A stretch of DNA of 16,031 bases from a virus: the UHGV virus genome UHGV-0259371, one strand, 5' to 3'. Shown here one piece after another: positions 15,935 to 16,031 of this stretch (positions within the stretch are counted from its first letter, which is position 1; each line of letters starts with the position of its first letter). The position numbers were made by a program, and so were the translations under genes. The notes beneath the pieces are model-generated. The model did not search any database. It was given only the letters and a program-made list of their open reading frames with translations, and had not been told where the DNA came from.

Positions 15935-16031
15935 AAAGTATGATAAAGCATCTTCACTCGCAATTATAAATTTATTTCCTTTATCTATTTTCCAGTCATA
16001 TACTGCGAGTGAAGATGCTTTATCATACTTT
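15935..16031. repeat. Perfect 28-bp inverted repeat (arms 15935-15962 and 16004-16031) around a 41-nt AT-rich loop, in non-coding DNA at the window edge
   Basis: Arm 1 AAAGTATGATAAAGCATCTTCACTCGCA is the exact reverse complement of arm 2. Each arm contains ATGCTTTA (MotA-box-like). No ORF longer than about 13 codons on the minus strand across 15850-16031. Confidence 0.8.

Noticed and set aside
1-16031. Bacterial defence island or other novel inserted system
   Set aside because: Gene order, lengths and motifs match a T-even early region throughout. I see no nuclease/ATPase/sensor combination outside the known genes, no integrase, transposase or att-like repeats, and no compositional break.
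1-16031. CRISPR array, tRNA or rRNA genes
   Set aside because: No regularly spaced direct repeats with unique spacers, no tRNA-like cloverleaf segments found by eye, and no long non-coding stretches; the longest gaps are about 120-185 bp.

Overview
This window reads as a canonical early-gene region of a T-even (T4-like) myovirus, not a bacterial locus or an inserted foreign system. Nearly all coding is on the minus strand, densely packed with frequent start/stop overlaps, and the gene order matches the T4 map: denB-like, a 64-aa ORF, rIIB, rIIA, rIIA.1, topoisomerase II large subunit (gene 39, here one unsplit 606-aa ORF), a block of small early ORFs, motB-like, dexA, three small ORFs, dda, an srd-like ORF, modA, modB, and more small ORFs. 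Transcription units are punctuated by T4-type early promoters (GTTTAC, 18-bp spacer, TATAAT-like -10) and by GC-rich C(UUCG)G hairpins. I see no tRNA, rRNA, CRISPR array, transposase or integrase. The items most worth a second look are: a consensus MotA-box promoter on the plus strand antisense to modA/modB; a perfect 28-bp inverted repeat in a non-coding stretch at the right edge; two unlisted small ORFs (one a zinc-ribbon protein); a predicted lipoprotein among early genes; a C-terminal module shared by two adjacent proteins; and a tandem pair of small paralogous genes. Names are assigned from protein length, motifs I can read in the translation, and synteny recalled from the T4 map; no database search was possible. 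Track coordinates are used for listed ORFs; positions I derived by hand may be off by 1-2 nt.
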